Virus record (IMG/VR): IMGVR_UViG_3300044681_000033
Span: 1-35,580 of that record
DNA from: a virus
Lineage: Duplodnaviria; Caudoviricetes
Length of the DNA: 35,580 bases
Reading direction: 5' to 3' (one strand)
Shown in pieces: positions 15,664 to 25,148 of the stretch (positions within the stretch are counted from its first letter, which is position 1; every line of letters begins with the position of its first letter). Below the pieces are notes generated by a model that did not search any database, was not told where the DNA came from, and saw only the letters and a program-made list of their open reading frames with translations. The position numbers were made by a program, and so were the translations under genes.

Positions 15664-16749
15664 TTAGATAAGAGACCTACGATAAAGCTCCGCGCCTGGG
15701 AGCAATCCGACAATCGTGTTTCTGTATAACGGAGAAAAATCCACTCCGCGAGGTTGTCCACCACCGCCTAGTAACCCAGACTGCTGTGGAATAGCGGGCG
15801 GGTTAAGCAAGGCATTTGCGACTGCCGCTGTTCGTAATGCTTCACCAACACCTATTCCAGCAGATGCCGCAGTACCGCTTAACAAAGAAGGTGCGGCAGC
15901 TTGGAACGAACCTGGGGCCGCAGTAAACGGAGCAGCACTAGCAGCCGTTTCTATACCCATCCCAGGCAAAGCGGCCTGAAATGATGTTGGGGCAAGGGAG
16001 GCATTTGGAATTGCCGCAACTTCTACAGCAGGGTAAGCAAGTTGCCCTGCTGGAACGGCTGTTGCTGTGGAAATTGGTGCGCCACCAGATGCTAACGCTG
16101 CATCTGCCGCCAAAAGACTACCAGTTGCGCCAGCGGCTTGTGGAGCTAATGTAGACACGCCTATAGATGGGGTTGCTACAGGAGTAATTGTAGATACGCC
16201 TGGAGTCCCAACAATAGCACCCGTTTCAGCCGCACCAGCCGCAGCCGTTTCTGGGCCTAGTAAATACTGTCCACCATAGTAAATAGCCGCAATAGCCGCA
16301 GCGGTCTTAACCGCATCTTCTACGCTAAAGTTTTGCGTGTCCTTCCAGTAAGGCGTGAACACAGGCTTGTTATCTACAAAGGTAAGTCCGTAGTCGCCTT
16401 GTCCTGTTACCGAAAGGTCTTTACCCCATCGCGTGTATTTACCACCGCCACGCTCTTCTAACTCTACCGTGTCTCGGAACTTATACGCCTCTGGGTCTGT
16501 TTCCCAAGAGGGTCGCAACACAACATCTTTTATTGGCTCATTCGTAGCCGTGTTGATAATGTTGCCATCTTGCTGTTGGACATCGTAGATACTGCGGACA
16601 TTGTTAGCCGCAAGTTTAGCCGCCTGTGCGCGGAAGAACTTAGGAAGCTGCTCCTGATAAGGATAAGGGTCTAGCCCTGCCGCAACCTGTTGCTCATACT
16701 GCTGGCGTAACTGGTCAGCAAGGAAGTCTACTGTTTGGTAGTTGAGCAT
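15664..16749 (-). CDS. Internal virion/ejection protein, Ala-rich
   Basis: Hydrophobic AAAIAAIYYGG segment and a low-complexity Ala/Gly/Pro C-terminal half; operon position. Confidence 0.6.
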   Translation of the reverse strand: MLNYQTVDFLADQLRQQYEQQVAAGLDPYPYQEQLPKFFRAQAAKLAANNVRSIYDVQQQDGNIINTATNEPIKDVVLRPSWETDPEAYKFRDTVELEERGGGKYTRWGKDLSVTGQGDYGLTFVDNKPVFTPYWKDTQNFSVEDAVKTAAAIAAIYYGGQYLLGPETAAAGAAETGAIVGTPGVSTITPVATPSIGVSTLAPQAAGATGSLLAADAALASGGAPISTATAVPAGQLAYPAVEVAAIPNASLAPTSFQAALPGMGIETAASAAPFTAAPGSFQAAAPSLLSGTAASAGIGVGEALRTAAVANALLNPPAIPQQSGLLGGGGQPRGVDFSPLYRNTIVGLLPGAELYRRSLI

Positions 16750-18143
16750 TAGAATAACAGTCCAGCCAATGCACCAAGGCCCGTACCGATTTGTCCACCA
16801 GTAAAGCCGCCAGCACCACCAAAGAGACCGCCCAACTGTGAGCCTATAAGCGCACCGCCTAGTGTCTGACCAAACCTATTTGTTTGCGCCCCTTGTGGTT
16901 GTGCAAGATTGCCCAATGGCGAACCGTAGATAGAAGATAAGTAACCAGAGAGTTGCGAGTAAGGAAGCTGCTGACCGTACTCAAACCGCTGGATGGCTTC
17001 TTGTAAAGGCTGGCCCGCAATAGCCTCTCGCTGTGCGCCAACTTGAGCCAATGCCGCAGAAGGAGCAAGCGTCCCCTGCATAACGCTTGGAAGTTGACCA
17101 AGGAATGTCGGAAGGGCTGTCTGAGCCTCTAACATCCGTCCCTGCTGTTGTTGCGCGACCTGTGCAGTTACATCACCTAAAGCCCTTGTTCCCAACTCTG
17201 TAGCCCTGCCTGTGGCTTCTGTCATAGCACCAGAACCATAGCGTCCAGCCGCAGAATACTGAGAAGCAATGCTAGGTAGGATCTGTTGGGTAATTTGCTC
17301 TGTAACGGGTCGCGTTACGCTCTCTAAATAACGCTGGTACTCAGGAGACTGTAAATAGTCACCCGCAGCCATAGACTGAAGACCGCCTAAAGCAGTACCG
17401 TAGGCTTGCAAACCTTGTTGTCCTAAAGCCTGTGCTTGAGGGGAGGTCGCAAGTGTCTCTGCCTGTTGGAGGGCTTGCAGGGTTTGTGCAGAAGGCGAGA
17501 CATACATCTGGCCTGGATAAAGTTCTGGGCCTGGGCCTTGTAAAAACAAATTACGAGCTACCCCTAAAGCCTCTGTGAGGTAGGGAGCAATCGCAGGGTC
17601 TATACGAGATTCGCCTGTGGTGGGCAATCCAGCAGGGGTAAGTCCCTGTGTAGAAGCCGCCCTAAACGCATTTGTAAGTTGCGTCATAGGATTAGACGCA
17701 GACAGCACATCTGGGTTAGTCCGCGAGAAGTTCATCCACCAGTTAATATCCGACTCAGAAGGATTAGGAAGGCCAATAGAACGGTAGAGGTCTACGATCT
17801 GATCTCTGGTTGCGCCTTGGAAGCCCGCAGGAAGGTTCACCGTAGCACCGCCAGTAGTTGTGGTGGGCAAGTTAATTGTTTGCGTGGTCATCTGCGGAAT
17901 GTTTATTCCAGTCGTTCCACCTAAGTCTGCGCCGCCAGTAAGATAGTTAAACTGACCAAGATCATATACATCAGGAGCAGCCGCTAAAATGGCGTTAACA
18001 ACCTGTTGTTGTGGGTTTGGCGAGTAAACAACATCTGGAGTTTGAGCATAAGTCTGCGTCCAGTATTGGATGTCTTCCGCAGTAGGAGGAGGAAGTCCAG
18101 CCGCTGCATACGAGGCTTGAACATCTTGTGCTGAGATTGCCAT
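16749..18143 (-). CDS. Internal virion/pilot protein with two N-terminal ~53-aa repeats
   Basis: IDP.I.PYL...L..A, YSAAGRYGSGA, RFEYGQQLP..L..Y motifs and a Gly-rich hydrophobic C-terminus. Confidence 0.7.
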   Translation of the reverse strand: MAISAQDVQASYAAAGLPPPTAEDIQYWTQTYAQTPDVVYSPNPQQQVVNAILAAAPDVYDLGQFNYLTGGADLGGTTGINIPQMTTQTINLPTTTTGGATVNLPAGFQGATRDQIVDLYRSIGLPNPSESDINWWMNFSRTNPDVLSASNPMTQLTNAFRAASTQGLTPAGLPTTGESRIDPAIAPYLTEALGVARNLFLQGPGPELYPGQMYVSPSAQTLQALQQAETLATSPQAQALGQQGLQAYGTALGGLQSMAAGDYLQSPEYQRYLESVTRPVTEQITQQILPSIASQYSAAGRYGSGAMTEATGRATELGTRALGDVTAQVAQQQQGRMLEAQTALPTFLGQLPSVMQGTLAPSAALAQVGAQREAIAGQPLQEAIQRFEYGQQLPYSQLSGYLSSIYGSPLGNLAQPQGAQTNRFGQTLGGALIGSQLGGLFGGAGGFTGGQIGTGLGALAGLLF

Positions 18144-18146
18144 AAG

Positions 18147-18932
18147 TTACCCCACTAGAATATAGGCATAAGTCTTGTCTGCTGTGTCATTGGCGTAATG
18201 AGATATGGTCGCCTGACCCGCAGACTGAGATGAAACATAAATGTTGGAATAAGCCTGTGGTGCTATGTATTCCACGGTCATAATTTTGCAGGGCGTTTCT
18301 GGTCTTGTAGGACTTGTCTGCGCCCCTGTTGAGTGAAAATTTACTAATGTGCTGCTCGTACTCCAGTAACTCTCCAAGTAGTCACCCGCATCCATTTCCT
18401 GATCTATATTTACAGACCCAACGGAATACCCATAAATAGATGCGCTCTTTCTTGCTGGAACAGTCACCAGCCGATTAGAGTACGCAACATCTGTCCCATT
18501 CTTTTTGTTCCAGATGCTAACTTCATGCTGTGAATTGTCTGTGTTCTCTAGCTGGAACGAGAATGTAAAATTGTAAACGCCTGGGCTTGTTACCGTAATC
18601 TTGGTGTTGTCTACAACCGTAATGCCGCTTGAAAATGTTGTGGTGTTGTATCCCAAGGCATATGCAGTATTGATAGCAGCCGCAGTCTGTCCTGCCGTAC
18701 ACACAAACTGACCGTAAGGTGCTGTGTCATCAAATGCCGCACTACTAAACGGGAGAATTACTATCTTTGTGTCCGCAGAGATACGCTCATCATACAGAGT
18801 CGTACTCGTTGCATCGCCAGTATTTAGCGTGATCGTGCCAGTATTGTTGGTCTTACCGTCTATGGTGTTGTTCAGGATCTCCGCAACTTGTCTGGGAGTC
18901 CCACCGAGTGTAGGTAGCCTACGAAACTGCAT
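18147..18932 (-). CDS. Tail structural protein with a probable inserted beta-sandwich domain
   Basis: DGKTNNTGTITL N-terminus and ATISHYAN...KTYAYILVG C-terminus flank a C1q-like PGVYNFTFSFQL segment. Confidence 0.6.
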   Translation of the reverse strand: MQFRRLPTLGGTPRQVAEILNNTIDGKTNNTGTITLNTGDATSTTLYDERISADTKIVILPFSSAAFDDTAPYGQFVCTAGQTAAAINTAYALGYNTTTFSSGITVVDNTKITVTSPGVYNFTFSFQLENTDNSQHEVSIWNKKNGTDVAYSNRLVTVPARKSASIYGYSVGSVNIDQEMDAGDYLESYWSTSSTLVNFHSTGAQTSPTRPETPCKIMTVEYIAPQAYSNIYVSSQSAGQATISHYANDTADKTYAYILVG

Positions 18933-20362
18933 TAACGACCACCTGCTTGCTGAATATCAACCTCAAACCCGATTGCAGTTGTCCAATTTCCAGACGGAAT
19001 TACTCGAACTCTATGATACCGCCCTAAAGACCTTACGCCAACCCTATTTTCAGAATCAGCCGCAGTTTCTGTAGGAAATGTCACCGCTTCACTTAGATTG
19101 AACCGAGAATCCACAGCCACGCTTGCAGACCCGTTATCGACTATTGGCTTAACCAAAGTCACCATACTCATGTTTGCGCCAGTCTCAAGATCCGCAGAGG
19201 TAATCCTTGCCTCTTTGTTTGGGCCAGTAAAGGTAATAATCTTGGCTCCAGATATACCCGCTGTTAACAGTTTCCCACCTAGCCATTGCCTAGAATCTAA
19301 GGAAATCTGTAGGGCATCCAGAGAAGCAGAATAGGCATCTAATCCCTCTAGCGTCACCGCAGGAGTCGCAATATCACCCACCCTGTTTATGCCTGTATCC
19401 GCAAACGACCACTTCTTAGTCGGGATGTGGTACATCAGAATCCTGTAGGTGTCGTCAATCGTAGGATAACCCCACATGACCAAAGCTCGGAAGGGGTCTA
19501 TAGCCGCAGACATATTAGAGATCGAGGACTCTTGGAGCGTGTCAAAGAAGTGCCTGTTGACCTTCTCCGCGCCTATGCCCTCTATCGTCTCACCGTTACA
19601 GGCATAAAACCCATCGTCCGCAAGCCAGTAAGTAATACCCTGCCATTGGATAACCGAGTTAGGCTCATAACAGCCTAGATTTCTAGCAATGTTGTCAAAC
19701 TGGAAGATGATAGGAGAACCAACATAGGACATTCTGATAACAGAACGCTCTAACAGTATCAGTCCAAACTCACCACCCGTGATCCCTCTGACCTCACCGC
19801 CATCAGGAACAACTTGATTGTCGGACTGAGTAATGGAGGTATTACCCCAAGTATTCGGGTTGTTGATCCCTGACCAGACAACCTCGTTGGGCGCAGTATT
19901 TGTGTTGCCCACCACAACAAAATCTCGGACAACCGTTAAGAATCGTGCTGTAGGCGCAGATGCATCTATATCAGCAAATGAGATTGTGGTGGACGACATA
20001 TCCGCATACTGAACCCTGTCTTGCCCATTTGTGGCAATCATATAGTCGCCAAACTGCACGAAACGCCACCTGTCTGAGCTTGTATAAGTTGTCCCTGATA
20101 CATCATCTAAAGACAGGTCTGCGGAGTCTAAGAGAAAGAGTTTCGTGTTACTACCCGCAAAGATTCTCGTGCTACCGCCAGAGTCAATCCCTGCCGCGAT
20201 ATTGTTTAAGTCTTCACTTGCCGCTAGAGAGTAATCTTCCTCTTCAGGGAAAGGCCCATAACCGACAGCTTTAGGAAAGACATTGCGGGCATTGGTTAAC
20301 GCTCCGACTACCCCAGGCTGGTCAGGAAGCCACTCTGTAAAAGTTACTTTGCTTAAAGCCAT
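18932..20362 (-). CDS. Tail nozzle/packaged-DNA stabilisation protein (P22 gp10-like)
   Basis: EWLPDQP, WRFVQFGD, VVRDFVV.G, WSGIN, FQFD.I motifs; beta-propeller-like composition. Confidence 0.75.
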   Translation of the reverse strand: MALSKVTFTEWLPDQPGVVGALTNARNVFPKAVGYGPFPEEEDYSLAASEDLNNIAAGIDSGGSTRIFAGSNTKLFLLDSADLSLDDVSGTTYTSSDRWRFVQFGDYMIATNGQDRVQYADMSSTTISFADIDASAPTARFLTVVRDFVVVGNTNTAPNEVVWSGINNPNTWGNTSITQSDNQVVPDGGEVRGITGGEFGLILLERSVIRMSYVGSPIIFQFDNIARNLGCYEPNSVIQWQGITYWLADDGFYACNGETIEGIGAEKVNRHFFDTLQESSISNMSAAIDPFRALVMWGYPTIDDTYRILMYHIPTKKWSFADTGINRVGDIATPAVTLEGLDAYSASLDALQISLDSRQWLGGKLLTAGISGAKIITFTGPNKEARITSADLETGANMSMVTLVKPIVDNGSASVAVDSRFNLSEAVTFPTETAADSENRVGVRSLGRYHRVRVIPSGNWTTAIGFEVDIQQAGGR

Positions 20363-21198
20363 GTGCTTGCTTCCACCTCAGAAGTTGTCCAAGTGTTAGA
20401 TCCCGCAGGAATGGTTGACCAAGTATTAGAACCTTCTGCAACCTGAGTCCAAGTATTAGACTCCGCAGGAACCGCTGCCCAAGTATTTGCCTCATCCGCA
20501 ATCTGTGACCACTCCTCCCCGTACTTGTAGAGAGAAGAAATAAGGTTAGCCACACCGTTTACTTGGGCTTGAATGTTTGCTACTACATTTGTAGCTGATG
20601 TCAGAGAACCGACACCCGCAATTTCTGCTGTACCCTCTGCGGTAAAGCCAGCAAGCGCAGAAAGTGATCCTGTGCCTGTTATAGACCCAGAGACCAATCG
20701 TTGCTTAAACGCTCCCGCAGTCAGGCTTCCTGTACCTGTAATCGCACCGTCTACAAACTGAACTCGTGTTCCGTCTGCTGTCAGCGTTCCTGTGCCTGTA
20801 ATTTCTGCGGCTGCGCTTTGTATACGCACCGCGTTACTACTGAGGCTTCCTGTGCCTGTTATGGCACCTTCTGCGAGTCTGTTTAGGAAGGCTTCGCTTG
20901 TAAGCGTTCCAACCCCTGTAATGCTTCCAGAGACCAGAATAGGTAATCTGAAGTCCGCAGTTGCTATTAGCGTTCCCGTTCCTGTGATCTCCGCATAAGC
21001 GACCTTTGCACAGGTGGTGGTGGACAGCCAGATGTTGTCGTCTAGGCTAAATCCAAGTGAGTCTATACTGCCAAACGCATCTAAACCTTCTAGCGTAAAT
21101 GGCCCGCAGACACCCTCATCCGTCCAGTTGTTATCCAGACTGAATGGGAGGGAGTCAAGCGTACCAAACTGGTCTAGTTGCTCAAGCGTGAGGGACAT
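20353..21198 (-). CDS. Repeat-rich virion structural protein
   Basis: About nine 19-aa ITGTG.L repeats, five to six 10-aa Trp-spaced repeats, two N-terminal TLE.LD..G..DSL.FSLD motifs. Confidence 0.7.
   Translation of the reverse strand: MSLTLEQLDQFGTLDSLPFSLDNNWTDEGVCGPFTLEGLDAFGSIDSLGFSLDDNIWLSTTTCAKVAYAEITGTGTLIATADFRLPILVSGSITGVGTLTSEAFLNRLAEGAITGTGSLSSNAVRIQSAAAEITGTGTLTADGTRVQFVDGAITGTGSLTAGAFKQRLVSGSITGTGSLSALAGFTAEGTAEIAGVGSLTSATNVVANIQAQVNGVANLISSLYKYGEEWSQIADEANTWAAVPAESNTWTQVAEGSNTWSTIPAGSNTWTTSEVEASTWL
20356..20512 (-). repeat. Degenerate 30-bp tandem repeat encoding W-x9 units
   Basis: ccaagt(g/a)tt recurs at 30-bp spacing; protein WSQIADEANT/WAAVPAESNT/WTQVAEGSNT/WSTIPAGSNT/WTTSEVEAST. 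Confidence 0.8.
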
Positions 21199-21585
21199 TT
21201 AGTCCAGACTTGCGGTAAGGCTACCAGTCGAGATCTTGAGGACATCGCCTGTAGAAATGGTCTTAGAGGTGGTCAACTCGGTATGCATCAGCAGATTCCC
21301 AGAAGACACCGCATCCAAGATACCAATGTGGGAGATCGTTCCCCAATCATCCGTAGCCTGTGGGAAAGTTACATCCGCAGAAGAAGTCACAATGCCACCA
21401 GAGGCAGTCGTAACAGAAAGCTCCTGCCGAGCATAAGCACCACCCGTACATTCTGTGCCTGAGTTGTCATCGCCAGGGTCAGAAGTGTAGAGACCGACAT
21501 AGACCGTGCTAGGCGAGGTATAGCTTGTGCCACGCAACACATGGTCTAACAGTTTGTTTTCCAGATAGTTTGATAGTTCAGCCAT
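21199..21585 (-). CDS. Small virion structural (tail-fibre-like) protein
   Basis: SNYLENKLLDHVL..Y.GL.T.DP...E..GG.YARQ...FP.AT..WGT..H.GI.DA...GNLL motif family. Confidence 0.75.
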   Translation of the reverse strand: MAELSNYLENKLLDHVLRGTSYTSPSTVYVGLYTSDPGDDNSGTECTGGAYARQELSVTTASGGIVTSSADVTFPQATDDWGTISHIGILDAVSSGNLLMHTELTTSKTISTGDVLKISTGSLTASLD

Positions 21586-21587
21586 AG

Positions 21588-22208
21588 TTACCTCGATGTG
21601 ACGGACATGGTAAGTGGAACCCCTGCGTATTCAGAGGTGTTGTCGGATTCCGCAAGGGCAGACACCGCATTTCCATAAAGCTGCGTCCAAACAACTACCC
21701 TTGCATCGTTCATAAGATAAGGCTCGGCCTCCAGTAAGGCTCCGTACAGAAGCGCATCTGGGCAGACCGCCATAAACTCGTTACTCGTATTGCTGTCAGA
21801 TAAAGCCTCGGGTTTTGCGTAATACAGCATTACCAAGGTGTAGTTCGTGTCAGGGATAGGAGCAAGCTCAATTTCTGATCCCTTTTGTGTGTAGAACACA
21901 GGTAGCCCTGATTCCGCAGCCCTAGCATCCCTCGTAAACGCAGAAGGAGACAGGTAGGAAAGGCTCTGCCGTGGGTTCTGGTCTATGTAAATGTCCCGCA
22001 TAGACAGAAAGTCTGATGGAAGTCCTACTGTGCTTGTGCCGCCTGTGGTGGACGAACTCACCGTCTTTAACATCTGCCGCAGTCGTAACTGGCGGGACAG
22101 ACGAATCTCAGCTAAAGCGATAAAGTCTGGAATAACGCTAGTTAGATCGCTTCTTCCTAGATAATTTGCGACTGTTGTTTTTAGGTCGCTGTAGTTGGTC
22201 AGAGCCAT
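21588..22208 (-). CDS. Head-tail adaptor protein
   Basis: MALTNYSDLK..VA.YL.RSDL...IPDFI.LAE and PDALLYGAL.EA.PYL.ND.R...W; ATG at 22208. Confidence 0.8.
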   Translation of the reverse strand: MALTNYSDLKTTVANYLGRSDLTSVIPDFIALAEIRLSRQLRLRQMLKTVSSSTTGGTSTVGLPSDFLSMRDIYIDQNPRQSLSYLSPSAFTRDARAAESGLPVFYTQKGSEIELAPIPDTNYTLVMLYYAKPEALSDSNTSNEFMAVCPDALLYGALLEAEPYLMNDARVVVWTQLYGNAVSALAESDNTSEYAGVPLTMSVTSR

Positions 22209-22833
22209 CCTTAATGTCACTCCATGAATAAGTGTATTGGCCTATATGCCCGATCTCGTTACTCAGGCCATGATCTACCCAAGTCTCAAATCCAGCATCG
22301 TGAGCCGCAATGCAAAAGTGAATGTCCTCTCCCAGAATCTTGCCTGACTTGAGAGGATGAAACCAGTACCAAGGTTGAGGTGTCTGTTCAAACACCTTGC
22401 GCTTTACTAAAGCCACTCCGCAGCCTATAGCCGCAACCTTCTCTATTCCTGTCTTGTTCTTACTGTTGACTGGTATCCAAGTCGAGGTGTTCTTATCAAA
22501 GTCACACTCTAAATGCTTGGCAGTAGGGCTAACAGGGTAGTTACGGGTTGTCGCATTTACCCCCACTATGTCTTTATCGTGGGCCAGTAAACGCTCGATA
22601 GTGTTCTTAGGAAACCGCATATCCGCATCCAACCAGAGGATGTAATCTGCACCCTCGTTTAATGCGACTTCTGCTAACTTGTTGCGTTGGTCAAATATCA
22701 GCGTACCCGCAACGGTATAAAGAGCCTGAGTACCATCCCGAAACCGAGAGTCGTAGCCAGTCATGGTTGCTAGGTCAAACGCTGTCCCCATCATCATATC
22801 CCCTCGTGAAGGGATACATATTGCTACGCGCAT
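22138..22833 (-). CDS. Glycosyltransferase, GT-A fold (GT2-like)
   Basis: VAICIP, RN.L...AL, LWLDADM (DxD), G.G..LVKR.VF, GEDI.FC, GHIG motifs. Confidence 0.85.
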   Translation of the reverse strand: MRVAICIPSRGDMMMGTAFDLATMTGYDSRFRDGTQALYTVAGTLIFDQRNKLAEVALNEGADYILWLDADMRFPKNTIERLLAHDKDIVGVNATTRNYPVSPTAKHLECDFDKNTSTWIPVNSKNKTGIEKVAAIGCGVALVKRKVFEQTPQPWYWFHPLKSGKILGEDIHFCIAAHDAGFETWVDHGLSNEIGHIGQYTYSWSDIKDGSDQLQRPKNNSRKLSRKKRSN

Positions 22834-23153
22834 TAAATCCTCCCAGGTCGAGTTCTAAAGAAACGGTTGTCAGGATCGTTAATCCACTTTTTCATAGCTT
22901 TTTGGTCAACGATATGAAACCCGCGCAGAATCCCTTTTTTGTTCAACTCTTGAATGACCGCAAAAGGAATACTGGCAATCTTTGTAAACTCTCCCCATTT
23001 CGCCCGCTCATCTATCTGGGCATAAGAGGCTTTATTCTGTTCTAAGAAGGGCTGAACATTCTGTTTGGTCTCTATGATGAGACCGCCTTCTCCGTCTTCA
23101 TGTGCAATCTGTACCGTTTGGGTGTCCAGGTCTTGCGCGAATATCTTAGGCAT
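22833..23153 (-). CDS. Conserved hypothetical protein downstream of capsid
   Basis: Q.V.P.LE.NK, IASIP, KW.NDPDNR.FRT..G motifs; AGGAG RBS. Confidence 0.7.
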   Translation of the reverse strand: MPKIFAQDLDTQTVQIAHEDGEGGLIIETKQNVQPFLEQNKASYAQIDERAKWGEFTKIASIPFAVIQELNKKGILRGFHIVDQKAMKKWINDPDNRFFRTRPGRI

Positions 23154-23164
23154 ATAACTCCTAA

Positions 23165-23192
23165 ATTGGGGGGCAGTTACCCACCCCCCATT
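23165..23192 (-). terminator. Hairpin after major capsid gene (weak terminator/stabiliser)
   Basis: TGGGGGGT-GGGTAACT-GCCCCCCA followed by only ATTT and then the next RBS. Confidence 0.55.
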
Positions 23193-23202
23193 TTACAGCA
23201 GT

Positions 23203-24165
23203 TTAGTTCGTGTTGAGGTCAGCCACGATACCGTGGGCAGCTTCGTTACGAACCGTAAGCGTCAACTCAGCAAGAATCTGCGAACGCTCGGAGTCACCAG
23301 TAATGGCGAGATCCTTGGTCTGGAAAGGACGCAGATAGGACAACTCAGCGTACTCAGGATCAAGGATAAGGCACTCACGGTCTTCCGAACGCATAAAGCG
23401 ATCACTTACTAACTGGAGAATTCCGAAGTCACTTTGATAGAGATCGGCCCCTGCAACGACTGTTACATTGCCAACCGAGTTGTCGGTATTGACACGATAA
23501 GCAGCGTTACCAGTAAAGCCAGAGACTTTCTGCTTAAGAGCAGGACGCATAACAGCCAGCGTGGGAGTACCACCAGAAACGAACACTTCCTGAATGACAT
23601 CCTTAAGGAGGGCTTCAGTAAATGTACGAGTCGTACCGTCTGTACGGGTAGAAACACCAATCGTGGTGGGATCAACACCAGTTACGGAAGTGCCGTTAAC
23701 TGAGGAGTTGGTCTTAATCCAAGAAAGGAGCGAACCCATCGTGCGGGGAGTCGTAGTGCTACCAGCACTTCGGCCTTGGTTGGCAGTAATGATGGTCTCG
23801 ATGTCGCGCTTAAGCTCGGCAGAGGCTTTAGCCATCTGATAAGCCTTCTCCGACTTACGACCAGCTTTGTCTACAGACTCAAGCGTACCCGAGACACGAA
23901 CGGTCTTAGTTACGATCTGAGTGTAGTTACCAAGGCGAGTAGTAGGCGTTACAGAAGCGTCCGTAGCGTCAGCACCTTCAACCGCAGCGTTGGCAGTAGT
24001 AGCCGCAGCCAGGGAGTCCGTCTGCCACTCATGGTAAACAGCGCGGGCAGAACCCTTACCGATAGAGGACATGATAGGAGTGTCTTGGGGCGAAATGTCA
24101 TAGATGACATCAATTAGGTCTTCGCGTTGACCGATAACGGTATGCGATGAAAAGGTAGCAGCCAT
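23203..24165 (-). CDS. Major capsid protein (DUF5309/SU10-like)
   Basis: G.REDL.DVIY.ISP.DTP, HEWQTDSL, R.GNYTQI..K, ELKRDIE, Y.SDFG, TGDSE motifs. Confidence 0.9.
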   Translation of the reverse strand: MAATFSSHTVIGQREDLIDVIYDISPQDTPIMSSIGKGSARAVYHEWQTDSLAAATTANAAVEGADATDASVTPTTRLGNYTQIVTKTVRVSGTLESVDKAGRKSEKAYQMAKASAELKRDIETIITANQGRSAGSTTTPRTMGSLLSWIKTNSSVNGTSVTGVDPTTIGVSTRTDGTTRTFTEALLKDVIQEVFVSGGTPTLAVMRPALKQKVSGFTGNAAYRVNTDNSVGNVTVVAGADLYQSDFGILQLVSDRFMRSEDRECLILDPEYAELSYLRPFQTKDLAITGDSERSQILAELTLTVRNEAAHGIVADLNTN

Positions 24166-24176
24166 TTTAATTTCCT

Positions 24177-25133
24177 TTACAAAAAGCGTTCAAATAGAGA
24201 AGCCGCGTCTTTAGCCTTACCAGACTTTTTGAGGCGACCTCGTAACTGTTTTACTTCTTGAGACTGCCTTGCCTCTGGCGTGGAAGTCCCAGGTTTTAAC
24301 ATCTTCGGGGCTTGCTGAACCTTCTTAGTCGCATCGCCCTTGCCTGACATTAGTTTGTCGTATTGCATCGCTTTATAGAGTGCCGTAACCGCACGAGAGT
24401 CATAAACCTGTGACAACTCTTGTTCTGAGTAGCCCAGTTTCTGTGCAAAGTTTCTGATGTCTGTACGGATGGCTTGACCCTTCGCAGGATCGTTCATCTC
24501 AGGTATTGCTTCAGCCAACTTCTGAGCTTCTTGTGCAAGATACGACTTTAATCGTTCCTGTTGCTCGGACTGTTGCTGTTGAGCGATACGCTGTTGTTCC
24601 GCACGAACCGCAGACAACTGCTTTTCCCTCTCGGCCTGCTCTGCGACTTTCACCGCATAACCAATTGGGTCGGTCTCTTTTAGTGATGCCAGATCCTCGC
24701 CTGAGTCTTGTTGCTTAAGCATTTGCTCGATAATGCCAAGTCTCTGTGCGTAGGTGTCTCGGAGTTTTGACGCTTCCTCAATCTTTGCCTTCTCAGCCTC
24801 TACAGCCTTACGCTGATCCGCAATCTCTTGAGTCTTGCGCGTATAGTCAGCAGTTCGCGAGTAACCTTTGAGAAGCTCATCAAGAGGAACCTCGACCTCT
24901 TCCTTGCCTACTCGTACTTTGTAGGTGGGGGTGGGTTCTTCTTCAGTAGCCTCTTCTTCAGACTCATCCACAACTTCAGACTCGTCCTCGTACTCTGCTT
25001 GTTCTACAGCCTCCGTCTCTAGTTCTTCCTGAACCTCGGGTTGGGCTTGCGCCTCCTCTGGCTCCATCATTCCTAGAAAAGCGTTGGCTGCATCGCTAAC
25101 GGTTTTAACACTCCCTTCAGGGTTGGTGTCCAT
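24177..25133 (-). CDS. Capsid scaffolding protein
   Basis: Acidic N-terminus, V.LDEL.KGYSRTADYTRKTQ, D.R.V..L.KAM.YD; immediately upstream of the capsid gene. Confidence 0.85.
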   Translation of the reverse strand: MDTNPEGSVKTVSDAANAFLGMMEPEEAQAQPEVQEELETEAVEQAEYEDESEVVDESEEEATEEEPTPTYKVRVGKEEVEVPLDELLKGYSRTADYTRKTQEIADQRKAVEAEKAKIEEASKLRDTYAQRLGIIEQMLKQQDSGEDLASLKETDPIGYAVKVAEQAEREKQLSAVRAEQQRIAQQQQSEQQERLKSYLAQEAQKLAEAIPEMNDPAKGQAIRTDIRNFAQKLGYSEQELSQVYDSRAVTALYKAMQYDKLMSGKGDATKKVQQAPKMLKPGTSTPEARQSQEVKQLRGRLKKSGKAKDAASLFERFL

Positions 25134-25148
25134 ACTGACTCCTAGTAA

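Noticed and set aside
20356-20512. CRISPR array or DGR template/variable repeat
   Set aside because: Degenerate in-frame coding repeats without spacers; no reverse transcriptase or A-specific mismatched pair seen in the genome.
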